Source of the DNA: Sarea resinae
Lineage: Eukaryota
DNA: 64,000 nucleotides
Assembly: GCA_026026165.1 (NCBI GenBank)
Contig: JAPEUD010000029.1
Coordinates: 1 to 64,000 of the forward strand
Direction: 5' to 3'
The notes under the pieces are model-generated. The model saw nothing but the letters and a program-made list of their open reading frames with translations, was not told the origin of the DNA and ran no database searches. A program made the translations under genes and the position numbers. Below, piece by piece: positions 1 through 10,638 of the stretch (position 1 is its first letter; the number at the start of each line of letters is the position of its first letter).

Positions 1-1373
1 GGGGGAGCAGAGAAGAGACAACAGACCATCATGCAGCACGAGGGAATGGGGATTATGATTATTTAGGAGGAAAGAGGCAAGGCAAGGCAAGGCCCCAGGT
101 ACGGTACGAGACGAGACCAGACCAGACGAGTCGAGTCGACTTGTCGTACCAGGGAGGGAAGGGAGAGGGAGTCGTAGTAGTAGTAGTGGTACTGAGTATC
201 ATACTTACAGGGCTAGTGGCCGGTAGTAGTAGTAGTCCGTAGTCTGCGCATCGACGGTGATGGGTGGGATTGATTTATCAGATGAAGTGAGTGAAAGACG
301 CAGTGCTGTGTACTGTGTATGCAGCCGTGCCAAGCTGGGGGCAGCTTTGGGAGCTGGGAGCTCGAGCTTGGAGCCCTGGAGACCAGCAGGCATGCTGGAT
401 GTCCTGATCCGGAGACGTGACTCGGCTATGGATCGACGAGATCAGCTGGAGGCGTTACGTATCGTGCCGACCTACTGCGCCATCGTACCGCGTACCTTAG
501 GTACGCGGTACTGCGCAATACCTGTCCATGGGCTCATGGCCAAGTGTCCATCGAGTACCTGCACAGTATCTTTCCCGGGCAGTTTGGGCTTGGGAGGTCG
601 AAGATTGGCGGCTTGGTCGTACCCGAGTATCCGCAAACTCAAAATGCGCTGCTGCACGCAAGTCGGACCAGGGGGCGCGGTTCCAATGGGTACCTAGAAG
701 CTACCGAGAAGGATGGTTCCCTGGTGGTCTCCCAAGGTATCTCACCCATGGCGCCGCGAGAGATCCAATGCTCAAGGCCCGTACCTGAGAGGAGAACACA
801 CGCTCTTCGACGGTACTCCAGTCTGCCCGTAGACCAGCATAGGTCAGCGAGAAGGTATCTCGCTACTCGGTCGATTCGTCATCATACAGATCACACACTG
901 GAGATGCGGCTTCCCATCGCATCTCGTGCCTTGACAATGGATCAAATGCCCGGTCGTCGTCCATGGCCGACGTTGAGAGCATGCCGGCAGCCGACAGGGA
1001 TGGTGGCGGCTTATGGCTGACCGGCGTCGTAGGTACTTCTCGCTTGTCGAGGTACCTTTGCATCGTCTTTGCATCGTCTCACATCAATTGATCTCTTGCA
1101 TCTTCTCCGCTGTGCTGTGCGCTACCGGGTACCAGCCATGACCAGTTCCTCCTGGTAGTCTGATACGTGGCCGGGGACATGCTCCTTGGTACCTCGTACC
1201 TAGCTTTACCGATGGCTCGCTTCTGATGTCGCCATCTAATCTAATCGAATCTTTCTCGTCAATCGGCGCCATCTCTGTGTTTAGTCAGCAGTAGCATCAT
1301 CATCATTGACGAAAATCCACCAGATGATTGCCCTTCTTTCCATAAAAGAACAGACAAAAGATAGGAAATAGCA

Positions 1374-2810
1374 ATGGCTTCTTATCGCGGAGAGCGTTTC
1401 CATATTGATCTGCCCTCGGATGACGATGAAGTTGAGCCATCTCCGGCCCAGAGCAACACCGCTGCCTCACCTCCCATCTCTCTCGCCTTCATCAACGATG
1501 TTCAAGAGCGCCCACCTTCAGCCGCCAGACCCCCAGCCGCACCCTCCATGAAGACCTCCTCGACAGGCTTCCCAGCTCACAAGAAGCGTGTTCGGGTTTC
1601 GCGATTCAAGCAGCAAAGGGGGTCTGAGCCTCAGGGTGTTGATGCCTCGTCTCAAATCCCATCACGCTCCGAGGCTTCTGCGAACGGCTCCACCAATGCG
1701 AACTCGAAACAGAGCGACAAGGAAAGCTTTGACAGGCTGGACAGGAAGCGCATAGATGAGGAGAATAACCAGCGACTGGCGCAGATGTCGGCCGAAGAGA
1801 TAGAAGAAGAGCGAAGGGAACTCATGTCTGGGCTGAGCCCGTCTCTGCTGGAACTATTCCTCAGAAAGGCCAACATTGATGATGCACCCGAGGATACGGG
1901 TGCCCCAAGAGAAAACCTCGAGGCTCCCGCAGCAAAAGATCAACAAGACCAGCAACCTATTCAACCGAAAGAATCCAAGCCGAAAAAGTCGGTGACATTC
2001 GATGCTTCACCTCTGTCTGAATCTCCACAACGTGTTCAGCAGCCCCAGATACCTTCACAATCACAATCACAAATACAGCCAAACTCACAACCCCTCTTCG
2101 ACCCCGACAACCTCCAACCCAGCCAACCTCCATCAGACCTACAACCCGCAAACTCATCCACCCTCCCCCCACTACCCAACGTCCACTTCCCTACCGCCCC
2201 TCAACCGGCCCCAAACCTCGATCCAAACTCTCCGACATTCCTCACCGATCTTCAAGCCAAATACTTCCCCACACTTGCCCCCAATCCCTCCTCCCTCTCC
2301 TGGCTCACCACGCCGCCAGACAATACTTCGTACTCCCCGTCCCTCCCCTCGCTCCCGCCCTCAAGCCTCCGCTTCTCATTCACCGGCGCTCTTCTTCCTC
2401 CCAGCATCTCTCTTTCGCTTCCCGCCAACCAAGGTCTGCACCACCACGCCGAAGCCCCGGGAGCAGCGGGGTACACGATCCCGGAGCTCGCGCACCTGGC
2501 CCGCTCGACGGTGCCGGCGCAGAGGTGTATGGCATACCAAATGCTCGGGCGGATTCTGTATAGGCTCGGGAGAGGAGAATGGGGAGAAGGTGACGAGCTG
2601 GTGCAGGGGCTCTGGCGATGTGTGGAGGAAGGGCGGGTGCTGGACTCGCTTGTAGAGGAGGCCGGCGGCGGTGGCGGTGCGAGTGGAAAGGGAACAGGGG
2701 TTGAAGAAAAGGAAGGACGAGCAAGGGGCCATGTCAGTGCGGCTGCGTATGCGCAGGAAGCGCTTTGGCTGTGGCAGAAGGGTGGTGGGAGGAGATGGAA
2801 GGCGGAGTAG
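1374..2810 (+). CDS. RBA50: RNA polymerase II-associated protein Rba50 (RPAP1 family), single exon
   Basis: 478-aa ORF with an RPAP1 N-type motif (IDEENNQRLAQMSAEEIEEERRELMSGLSPSLL) and a C-type motif (GLHHHAEAPGAAGYTIPELAHLARSTVPAQRCMAYQMLGRI). Confidence 0.9.
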   Translation: MASYRGERFHIDLPSDDDEVEPSPAQSNTAASPPISLAFINDVQERPPSAARPPAAPSMKTSSTGFPAHKKRVRVSRFKQQRGSEPQGVDASSQIPSRSEASANGSTNANSKQSDKESFDRLDRKRIDEENNQRLAQMSAEEIEEERRELMSGLSPSLLELFLRKANIDDAPEDTGAPRENLEAPAAKDQQDQQPIQPKESKPKKSVTFDASPLSESPQRVQQPQIPSQSQSQIQPNSQPLFDPDNLQPSQPPSDLQPANSSTLPPLPNVHFPTAPQPAPNLDPNSPTFLTDLQAKYFPTLAPNPSSLSWLTTPPDNTSYSPSLPSLPPSSLRFSFTGALLPPSISLSLPANQGLHHHAEAPGAAGYTIPELAHLARSTVPAQRCMAYQMLGRILYRLGRGEWGEGDELVQGLWRCVEEGRVLDSLVEEAGGGGGASGKGTGVEEKEGRARGHVSAAAYAQEALWLWQKGGGRRWKAE

Positions 2811-3272
2811 GGAATTTTGTAGACTATTGTTCTCATGCAGTCATGACCCTCGTCTTTTCTAAGAAGATGCCTTTTCCGCCGCGGCGGCCTGACCTGGCTT
2901 GATCCCGGCGCGCGCATGTTTATCCTCACAGTTCCGATCGGTTTGCTGCTATACGTGTGTCTACCATATTTGAGTCGACTCTTTACCACGTCGATGATGG
3001 ATGACTCAGAGTGGAAGTAAGACGAAATGTATCTTGCTCTATATTCCGACGGACGTTGGCCGCTTCATTTATATACATGAGAATATAGTCCACCGGCCAT
3101 GAAAACCCCAAGTGCAGCCAAGTTAATGTACATCCACTCCTTCCCGTTGTAATACAAGCACGCGACACCGCACAAACGAACACGACGGACTCAGATCCCG
3201 CTCAATTATTTTACTTGCGACAAAGAAAAAGAGTGATGAGTACATAGGAAGGGGAGATAACCACGGCCCAAA

Positions 3273-3893
3273 CTATGAAAAGCGGAGGAAACCCTTCCAC
3301 TTGTTGAGTTGGCGGTCGAACCACGATCGCTGGGGCGCGGCTTCGAGTTCGGCGAGTAGGTCTTCGTAGTATGTGGGGTTGGAGGCTGGGCGGGTCAGGA
3401 CGGCGCTGGTCGGGTACTGTTTGGCGCGAGCGATTGTCAGCGAGTGGGTTCTCTTCGTTTTTGATGATCATGTTCTCTCGTGGTGCTCCCTTGCCCATGC
3501 CGTCCTCGTCGCCGTTGCGCAACACACCACTCTCTCCCATTCTCAAGGCCATCGTTCAAGCCTCAACCACAGGGCCGGCAGCTCTCAAAAGGTCGGCCAG
3601 GCACATCTTACCTTGGTCATGTATCGGTTCTCCAGTAAGCTATAGAGCGCATTGACCTCGTCCTTTTCATGCGGCGACGGGAAGGTTGGCCGCGCATTCG
3701 GGTTCTCGGCGTTGGGGAGGAAGCGTCGCGAGAGACGGGCTTCGAGCGAGGTTGGGAAGGAAACGGTCGGGCGGAGCAGGTCCTTGGGCCAGTGCGAGAG
3801 GGCCCGCAGGTAGTGTTTGTGGAGGATCTGGCGAGGGTGGTTAGGGATTGTTCGGGGATGTTTTGGGATGGGGGGATGTACGGAGTTGGACAT
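3273..3893 (-). CDS. CBP6: Mitochondrial complex III assembly factor Cbp6/UQCC2-like
   Basis: Exons 3893-3882, 3827-3612, 3416-3273. Spliced protein MSNSILHKHYLRALSHWPKDLLRP...NALYSLLENRYMTKYPTSAVLTRPASNPTYYEDLLAELEAAPQRSWF...FLRFS*. The WPKDxLRP and PxSNPxYY motifs are typical of fungal Cbp6. Confidence 0.8.
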
Positions 3894-4459
3894 GTTGATC
3901 CGTAAGAAGTGATGGTGATGGGATTGTTATTTGAAGATCTGCGGGCAGTCCTACCATGATATTTCGAAGTCTTACTGCGTAATCATATTCTACCTCTCTA
4001 TTATGGTGGTGACGTCCTGGATTGAGCTTAGCCGGGAGATGCTGACTCGCCCTCTGTTTGTCAGCGGCACTGGTTGAGTGCACTATGTACCTTACGGAGT
4101 ATGCCTGGTGATTCCACCCCGGCGGCTGTGCACACTCGGTACCAGAGACTTCTCTCTGGCGGCATCATCCGCGGCGAGAGAGCGTACCGCTACTTCCCAC
4201 CAACGAAACTCATCCTAAGTACGCCCATACGCACGTCTCACCCCCTCGTCTCGGACCCAGCGGCGACGACGACAGTCCTCTGCATTCTCTTTCTCTTCTT
4301 CTTGCCCCAGTTCGACGATAATACTGCCACGATAGAATATACCCCGTCGATGCTTCTTCTTCTCTGACTCTTCTTCATCGACTTATTCCCTCGACATCGA
4401 TCTGATCGTGACGCCTTTCTTTTGTTCTCTGTTCATCAACGCTTCTCGGTCGGCTCAAG

Positions 4460-5766
4460 ATGAGCTCCCATCAATACCAGCGGGTAAGTCTCACCGCCAC
4501 TGCCACGGCTCTCCATCGACTTTGATCGTCGCCCTCAAGCTGTCGCTCTCCGTCTGGATCATCCCGTACTGATTTCTTTACTGTAGGTCTCTGCCAGCGA
4601 CGCGGACGACAACCCGGACACTCCGCGGGAGAAACCTTCCGACCATCGCATCCCCACTTCTCCACCGCCCTCCTTTCGTTCTCGAACGTCCTCCCCAACG
4701 TCGCGCCATCTCCTGTCCGAACATGATCCTCTTGCATCCGACGCCGATAGAACCTTGGCCGATACGTTTGGTACGCCATCCGATGATGAAGGGTCAGATA
4801 GCGAGGATGAGAACGGCGACGATCGCCAGCGCTTAATGCGCGGCTCGCCTGGAACGTCGCGCAATCGGGAAGAGGGAACGGGAAACACAATAGATGATGA
4901 ACCTCGACCGGGTGTGGAGAGGAGGGTGACGGAACTACCAGTCTTTGCGCCCAGTGCTACCACTACGTCGGCGCGAAGAGTCGTTGGGAGAGGGGCGAAT
5001 GACGGTGTCTTTGCGAACCTCGACGCGAAACCAGAGCGGGGGGAGAAGACCGAGGAACAGCCTCCGGTTTGTGACTTGATTGTGTTGACCACGGACCAAG
5101 CTAACTAGTCGTCAACAGACATACGAACAAGCCGCAGCAGACGCGACGCCACCCTACTGGGAGACGACGATTCTCGCGCCAGGCATGGTGTCAGACGAAG
5201 TCTACGTTGACGGGCTCCCAGTCGGATCGGTGTTCTCGTTCATATGGAATGGCATGATATCGATGTCGTTCCAGCTCGTCGGTTTCCTTCTCACCTACCT
5301 CCTCCACACCACGCACGCAGCCAAGAACGGCAGCAGAGCCGGTCTCGGCATCACTCTGGTCCAGTACGGTTTCTACATGAAGGGTTCAGGTAACACGGGG
5401 GGCGGCCCCAACGGCGACAGCACTGGCGGCGATCAATCGTACAGCCAACCGCCAGATCCCAACAGTCACGACTTCGACCCGTCGGCCGTGGCGGGTTCGG
5501 CGTCTGCCGCTGCGGCCGCGGCGATGGAGGCAGGGAGTTCCGGCGGCGGCGGGGGAGCCGGGGCGGCCAAAAGCGGGCTCTCGGCCATTGCGAGCAGCGA
5601 GTGGCTCGCGTACATCCTCATGGTCATCGGCTGGTTCATCCTCATCCGAGCCGTCAGCGACTTCTTCAAGGCCCGACGGCACGAGCAGCTCGTGCTGCAG
5701 AGCCCGGACCGCGGTCTTGGCGTCGCCGTCGTGGCCGAGGGAGAAGCCGCCGAGACTGTCGTTTGA
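4460..5766 (+). CDS. BSD2: Metal homeostasis protein Bsd2 (Rsp5/Nedd4 adaptor, NDFIP family)
   Basis: Exons 4460-4483, 4587-5066, 5119-5766. Contains NDGVFANLDAKP, PY motifs (PPTYEQAAADATPPYWETT) and three hydrophobic segments (FQLVGFLLTYLLHTTHAAKNGSRAGLGITL; WLAYILMVIGWFILI). Confidence 0.9.
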
Positions 5767-5879
5767 CCTTTTTTTTTTCCCCTTTACTCTTTTTCCAGCC
5801 AGCTAGTGAATTAGTCAATTAGTCAGTCCGTCAGTCGTCCGTCAAATCGACGAGACGAGACGAGTCAAGACGAGATCTT

Positions 5880-6924
5880 CTCATTGCATTTGTCCCGGTG
5901 TTTCTTTGCGTCTCCACGTCCCTGTCTCTGTGTCCCGGTGTCCCTGTCTCTGTCCCTGTGTCCCTGCCTCCCTGTCTCTTGTGTCCCTGTCTCCCTGTGT
6001 CCCTGCCTCCCTGTCTCTTGTGTCCCTGTCTCCCTGTGTCGGTGTTTTTCTTTGTCTCCGTGTTCTTGTGTTCCTGTCTCCCTCTCTTTCCATGTGCAGT
6101 GCAGTGCGTTTTCTCGGCGTTCGTTCCGCCACCTGTTGTCACGGGCCCCTCAACCTTTCCTTTTCCTTTCCGTTTCCTTTTCTTAGCTTAGCTTGCGGTC
6201 GGTGTGATCGGTGTGGTCGGTCGGTCGGTCGCGGTCGGACGGAGAGACAGCTGGAAGGGTACCTAGGCAGACGAATGGGTAGGGCAAATAGTCAATCGAT
6301 TAGGCTTCTCAATCAATCAAGTCTATCAAGTCAATCAACCACGATACTCAAAGTCAATCAACCACGTTAATCCAATCCCATCAACCACGATAAATCAAAA
6401 GTCTACTCATAAAACTAATTAAATAAAACCAGCCTAACTATATATATATACCCTTCTCTCTCTCGTACCTTGAACCTTGAGCCTTGAACCTTGAGCCTTG
6501 TCTGCCTCTCTTCTTCTCTTCTTTTGTTCTCTTAGGCCTTAGCATTACTCCTTGGCCCTTGGCCCTTAGCCCTTATCTCTTATCCCTAAGCCCTCAGCCC
6601 TTATCCTCTATCCCTTATTCCTCTCCTCTCCTCTCCTCTCCTCTCCTCTCCTCTCCTCTTCTCTCCTCTTATCTCCTCTCCTCTCTTCTTTCCTTTCCTT
6701 TCCTTTTATTTCCCCCCTGTTGATTTTTATAAAGGTGTCTATCTATCTATCTATCTATATATAGAGCAAGACAAGACAAGGCAAGGTAAGGTAAGAGAAG
6801 GTAAGGTAGTAGACTCTATCTATCTATCTATCTGTCTATCTATCTGCTAAAGGTAGGTAGGTGTAGACTTAGGCGTAGACTTAGGCGTAGGTGTAGACTT
6901 ATAAGTTAGTTGATTACTATTTAG

Positions 6925-6956
<32 letters not shown>

Positions 6957-8530
6957 TATAGTAGTAGTTATAGCAGTAGTCATAGATAAACTCAAGGTAC
7001 AGACAGATCTAACAAACTAGCAAAGAACTCCCTAAATAGCCAGAGTAGAGTAGAGTAGAGTAGAGTAGAGTAGAGTAGAGTAGAGTAGAGTAGAGTAGAG
7101 TAGGGCAAACAGATAATCAATCAATATCAATATCAATCATAGAAGTCCAAGTTTCTATCAAGTCTAGCAAGTCACAATCAAAATCTAGCAGGTTAATCAA
7201 TCAAGTCTCTCTAGCTAGCAAGTCAAGTCCATTAATTCAAGTTCAATCAATCACGTCAATCAAGTCAATCAAGTCAATTGATTGATTCATCCTATCTACA
7301 TCCTACATCCCTACATCCTACATCCCTATATCCCTATCCACATCTCTATCTGCATCCTATATCTCTCTCTCTCTTGCTACCTACCTACATCCCTATCACC
7401 ACCATCCCAATGTCACGCAATGTAAACATGCCTCGATCCGAAACCCTCGAATCTCTAATCTCCAAGATCTAAAAGCCCTTTTGGGTCCGAAAAGAAAAGA
7501 AAAGGGGGAGGTGGGTGGGGGGGGGGGGGATGTATGTCATATGTGAAGTGAAGTGAAGTGAAGTGAAGTGAAGTGAAGTGAAGAGAAGTGAAGTGAAGAG
7601 CATGGAGGCATGTACGTACGTACGCGTGTAGGCAGGTTGAGCCAGAAGTATGAACAGAAGTATGAATATAAGTATAAGCATACGCATATCACGTCTGATC
7701 AATATATCACGTCTGAGTAAGCATATCAAGCAAATCACGTGTCGATCCATCCAAAAAGACGGGGGCAATCAATCTCCGAGCTTGGATCTTGAAGAACTGG
7801 TGAACTTCCTCATGAACATGAACACTTGAACACTTGAACTTGGGGAATGAGACTTGAACTTGAATTTGAATTTGAATTTGAATTTGGGGTTTGGGATTTG
7901 GGAATTCCGAGTCCATTTCATCCACCTAATCTCCCCATCTCTATTTTCCCTTGCCGGATTCTTTCATGTTTCCATCTCCATCGGAGAGCCATTTCCCCCC
8001 CTTCCTTTGCTTTGCTTTTGCTTTGCTTTGCTTTGCTTGACTGGATTCTTTTCGTGGGCGTTATGGCTTTATGCCTCCGTGCCTCTGTCTGTGGCTGTGC
8101 CTGTGTTCCCCGCCTATGTCCCTGTGTCTCTGAGCCCTGGCCACTGACCACTGACACGTAACGTAAGGAAACGTAAAGGAAACGAGATACGAATCAGCGA
8201 GAAGAATAGTAAAGAAAGAATAGAAAAGAACGAGCCTCCCAGCCGATCACAGCCAAGCCAAGCCAAGCCAAGGCCTAAGCAGCCGCAGCAGCGAGCAAAG
8301 TATACCACCATACCACCCCGTTCAAGACATACCAAAGAGAAGAAGAAATCGAAAGAAACAGAAACACAAAAAGAAAACGCTGAACGCAGTACGGGGATAT
8401 AAAGGTATCATTGATTATTCGACTTTAACGAGTCGGGTCGGGTCGAGTCGGGCGGATTTAAATATTAAGTGAGGACGAGCAAGGAGAAGGCTTTTGGTGT
8501 GTGTGTGTGTGTGTGTGGGAGAGAAGGAGT
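5880..8530. repeat. Microsatellite-dense spacer between convergent BSD2 and LST7
   Basis: Arrays of (CCTCT)n ~6619-6660, (TCTA)n ~6738-6845, (GATAGTA)n ~6930-6955, (AGAGT)n 7042-7103, poly-G 7516-7529, (GTGAA)n 7543-7597, (TTTGAA)n 7858-7885, (TTTGC)n, (AGCCA)n and (GT)n 8497-8516. Confidence 0.9.
5955..6039. repeat. 39-bp tandem duplication built from TGTCCC/TGTCTC units
   Basis: CCTGTGTCCCTGCCTCCCTGTCTCTTGTGTCCCTGTCTC occurs twice with period 39. Confidence 0.85.
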
Positions 8531-8751
8531 ATTATGGTGATTAAAAGGTCGGGCGGGCTGGGTATCATAGAAGACGGTCGTTTGGTTTGGTGTCGGTGTA
8601 TGGATGTGTGGATGTGTTGGATCTCTGGCTCGTTGTGTAAAGGGAAGCCATTTCGGTAATGGTATAGCGAAACGACGAGCAATGATGATGACGATGATGG
8701 TGTTGGCTATGCTGACGATGGAGCGGTGGCTGCAGCACCTTTCTACCGCAA

Positions 8752-10638
8752 TCAGGCAACAACCTGCTGTCTCGATACGGCATCAATCTTCGCGGCTACC
8801 GTCGGAGCCGCAGCCGGCGTGGAGAGCGACGGCTTCAGAGTCGGCGTCGAGGTCGATGACGGCGTCCCAGAGGGCGACGGCGAGATGGCGAACTGAGGAC
8901 CGGGCGAATGCGGTGTGCTATGAGCATGGCCGTGATCATGATCGTGCTCATGGCCGTCATGCGCTTTCCCCTCCGCTGGAATTTCCTTTTGCAGTCTCCT
9001 CGAACCAGCACCGACATACTCCCCGACCTCTCCCCGGATCCCCGCATCCAGCACCTCACCGGCAGTGGGAAACCCACCAAACTCTCGGCCCAGCCTTGCC
9101 AGCAGCTGCACGAATTGCACATGCAAATCCACAAAGAAATCTTCCTTGCCGACGAGCTCGGCTAATCCCTTGGCCCTCACTTCGCCAGCACGCCGAGGAT
9201 ACCCATCGGGATCGACCGTGCGCCCGGAAAGGAACGATGACACTGGCGTTATGTCTCTGCCTGCTCCGCTGGTCGTCGCCCGCGAATGAGAGCCATCACG
9301 CTTGGTATTCTCCTTCTCGACGGCCTGTTCGGCCATGGCGACGATCTGCGCCGCGATGCTGGCAAACGCCTTGGTGATCTCGGTCGAGGCGCGAAAGACT
9401 CGTCGGCCATCGCGACCGCCAAGGGCCAGGAGAGCATAAGAGCGACGCCGGCCGCGAGCGCGTGGATCGGGTAGGCGGAAGATGAAGGCAATAGTATAGC
9501 CAGCGATGGGGTCGCCAAAAGCCAAAGGCCCGGCGGGGGTGCCACGGGGGAGGTTTTCGCACGAGAGAGTGCGGATACACGAGCGACGTAGGAGGGAGTA
9601 GGCTTTTTGGGATGGCGGATGGCGAGTGGTGAGGTAGGTGAGGGTATGGGTATGAGGCTGTGGCGGGGTGGGCGGGGGCGTTGATGTGCGTGAGGCGTCG
9701 TTGAGGTCAAAGTGGTTTGAAGTAGTCGTAGTGGTGTCGTCTTCGCCGCGGCTTAGAGGGCGTGGCGGTCCATCCGACGGCGGGATGTGATCGCTCCAAT
9801 CGGTGGGGATGGACGGTGCGAGGAAAGCCTCGCGCGATCTCAGGATCGGGCTTCCGTTTCGCCCTTTGCCATCTTTCGTGGGACTGCCGGGTGCGCCGTG
9901 GGGTAGCTGTTCGCTCACGCCTTTGGGCAGGCTCATATTACAGTTGGCGCATGTTTCACCTTCTGTATCGCCACCTCCATAGCCTTTGTAAGCTTCATTG
10001 CTGCCATAACCGCCGACAAAGAATGGGTGATTATAAATGTTCGGGCTTAGTGGCGATGTTGGCGGCGCAGTCCCTGAGGGAGAGTGATTATCGTCGGATG
10101 GAATGCCATGCGGTTGAAAGTAGGATTGATGAGGGCCAGTCTGGTCGGCACCGCCACCATGACTGTCGGACCGTTTGGACCGGCCAGGAGAAGGAGGCGA
10201 AGATGAGTCGCGACCGACACTTTTCCGCCGTTGCGACCGCTGCCGTTCACCAGCAGCTTCGGAATGCGAGCTTGAGGTCGAGGTCGAGTGTACGCTGTTC
10301 GACAGCGACGAGGAGCTGTCGGGCGGCTGGCAGGTCAAACATGAGATAGGAAGCACCTGGGTGCAGAGGATGGATGTTGGACCGTGAACTTCGCAAAAGT
10401 GCGCCAGGGAAATCTAAGGTGAGAAACAAGATCGTCAGTATTCGGTCTCAAACAGCGCGATCCCGCCATGAGGCACACACGCGTCGACGAGACACTTGTC
10501 GCAGATCCGGACCCGCTCTGGCCGGGTGGAGAGTGGGACTCCAGGCACCAGGCACACCATCACAGGTACAGATCCACGGCCTTGGAAGGCGGGCGGATAG
10601 CCACTCTGGTGAGACGTGGGACTCACTATGAAATCCAT
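8752..10638 (-). CDS. LST7: Folliculin/Lst7-like protein (Rag/Gtr GAP subunit)
   Basis: Exon 1 10638-10627 (MDFI), intron 10626-10414 (GTGAGT...ACTGAC...TAG), exon 2 10413-8752. The spliced N-terminus ISLAHFCEVHGPTSILCTQ and the internal YSLLRRSCIRTLSCE...FRLPDPRARGRRRSYAL are folliculin signatures. Confidence 0.88.

Noticed and set aside
205..1272. Overlapping 60-160 aa ORFs upstream of RBA50
   Set aside because: No recognisable domain, codon bias or consistent splice signals. Treated as intergenic.
5831..6370. Several Cys/Pro/Val-rich or RDTG-repeat ORFs
   Set aside because: They arise from stop-free TGTCCC-type microsatellites that are open in nearly all frames.
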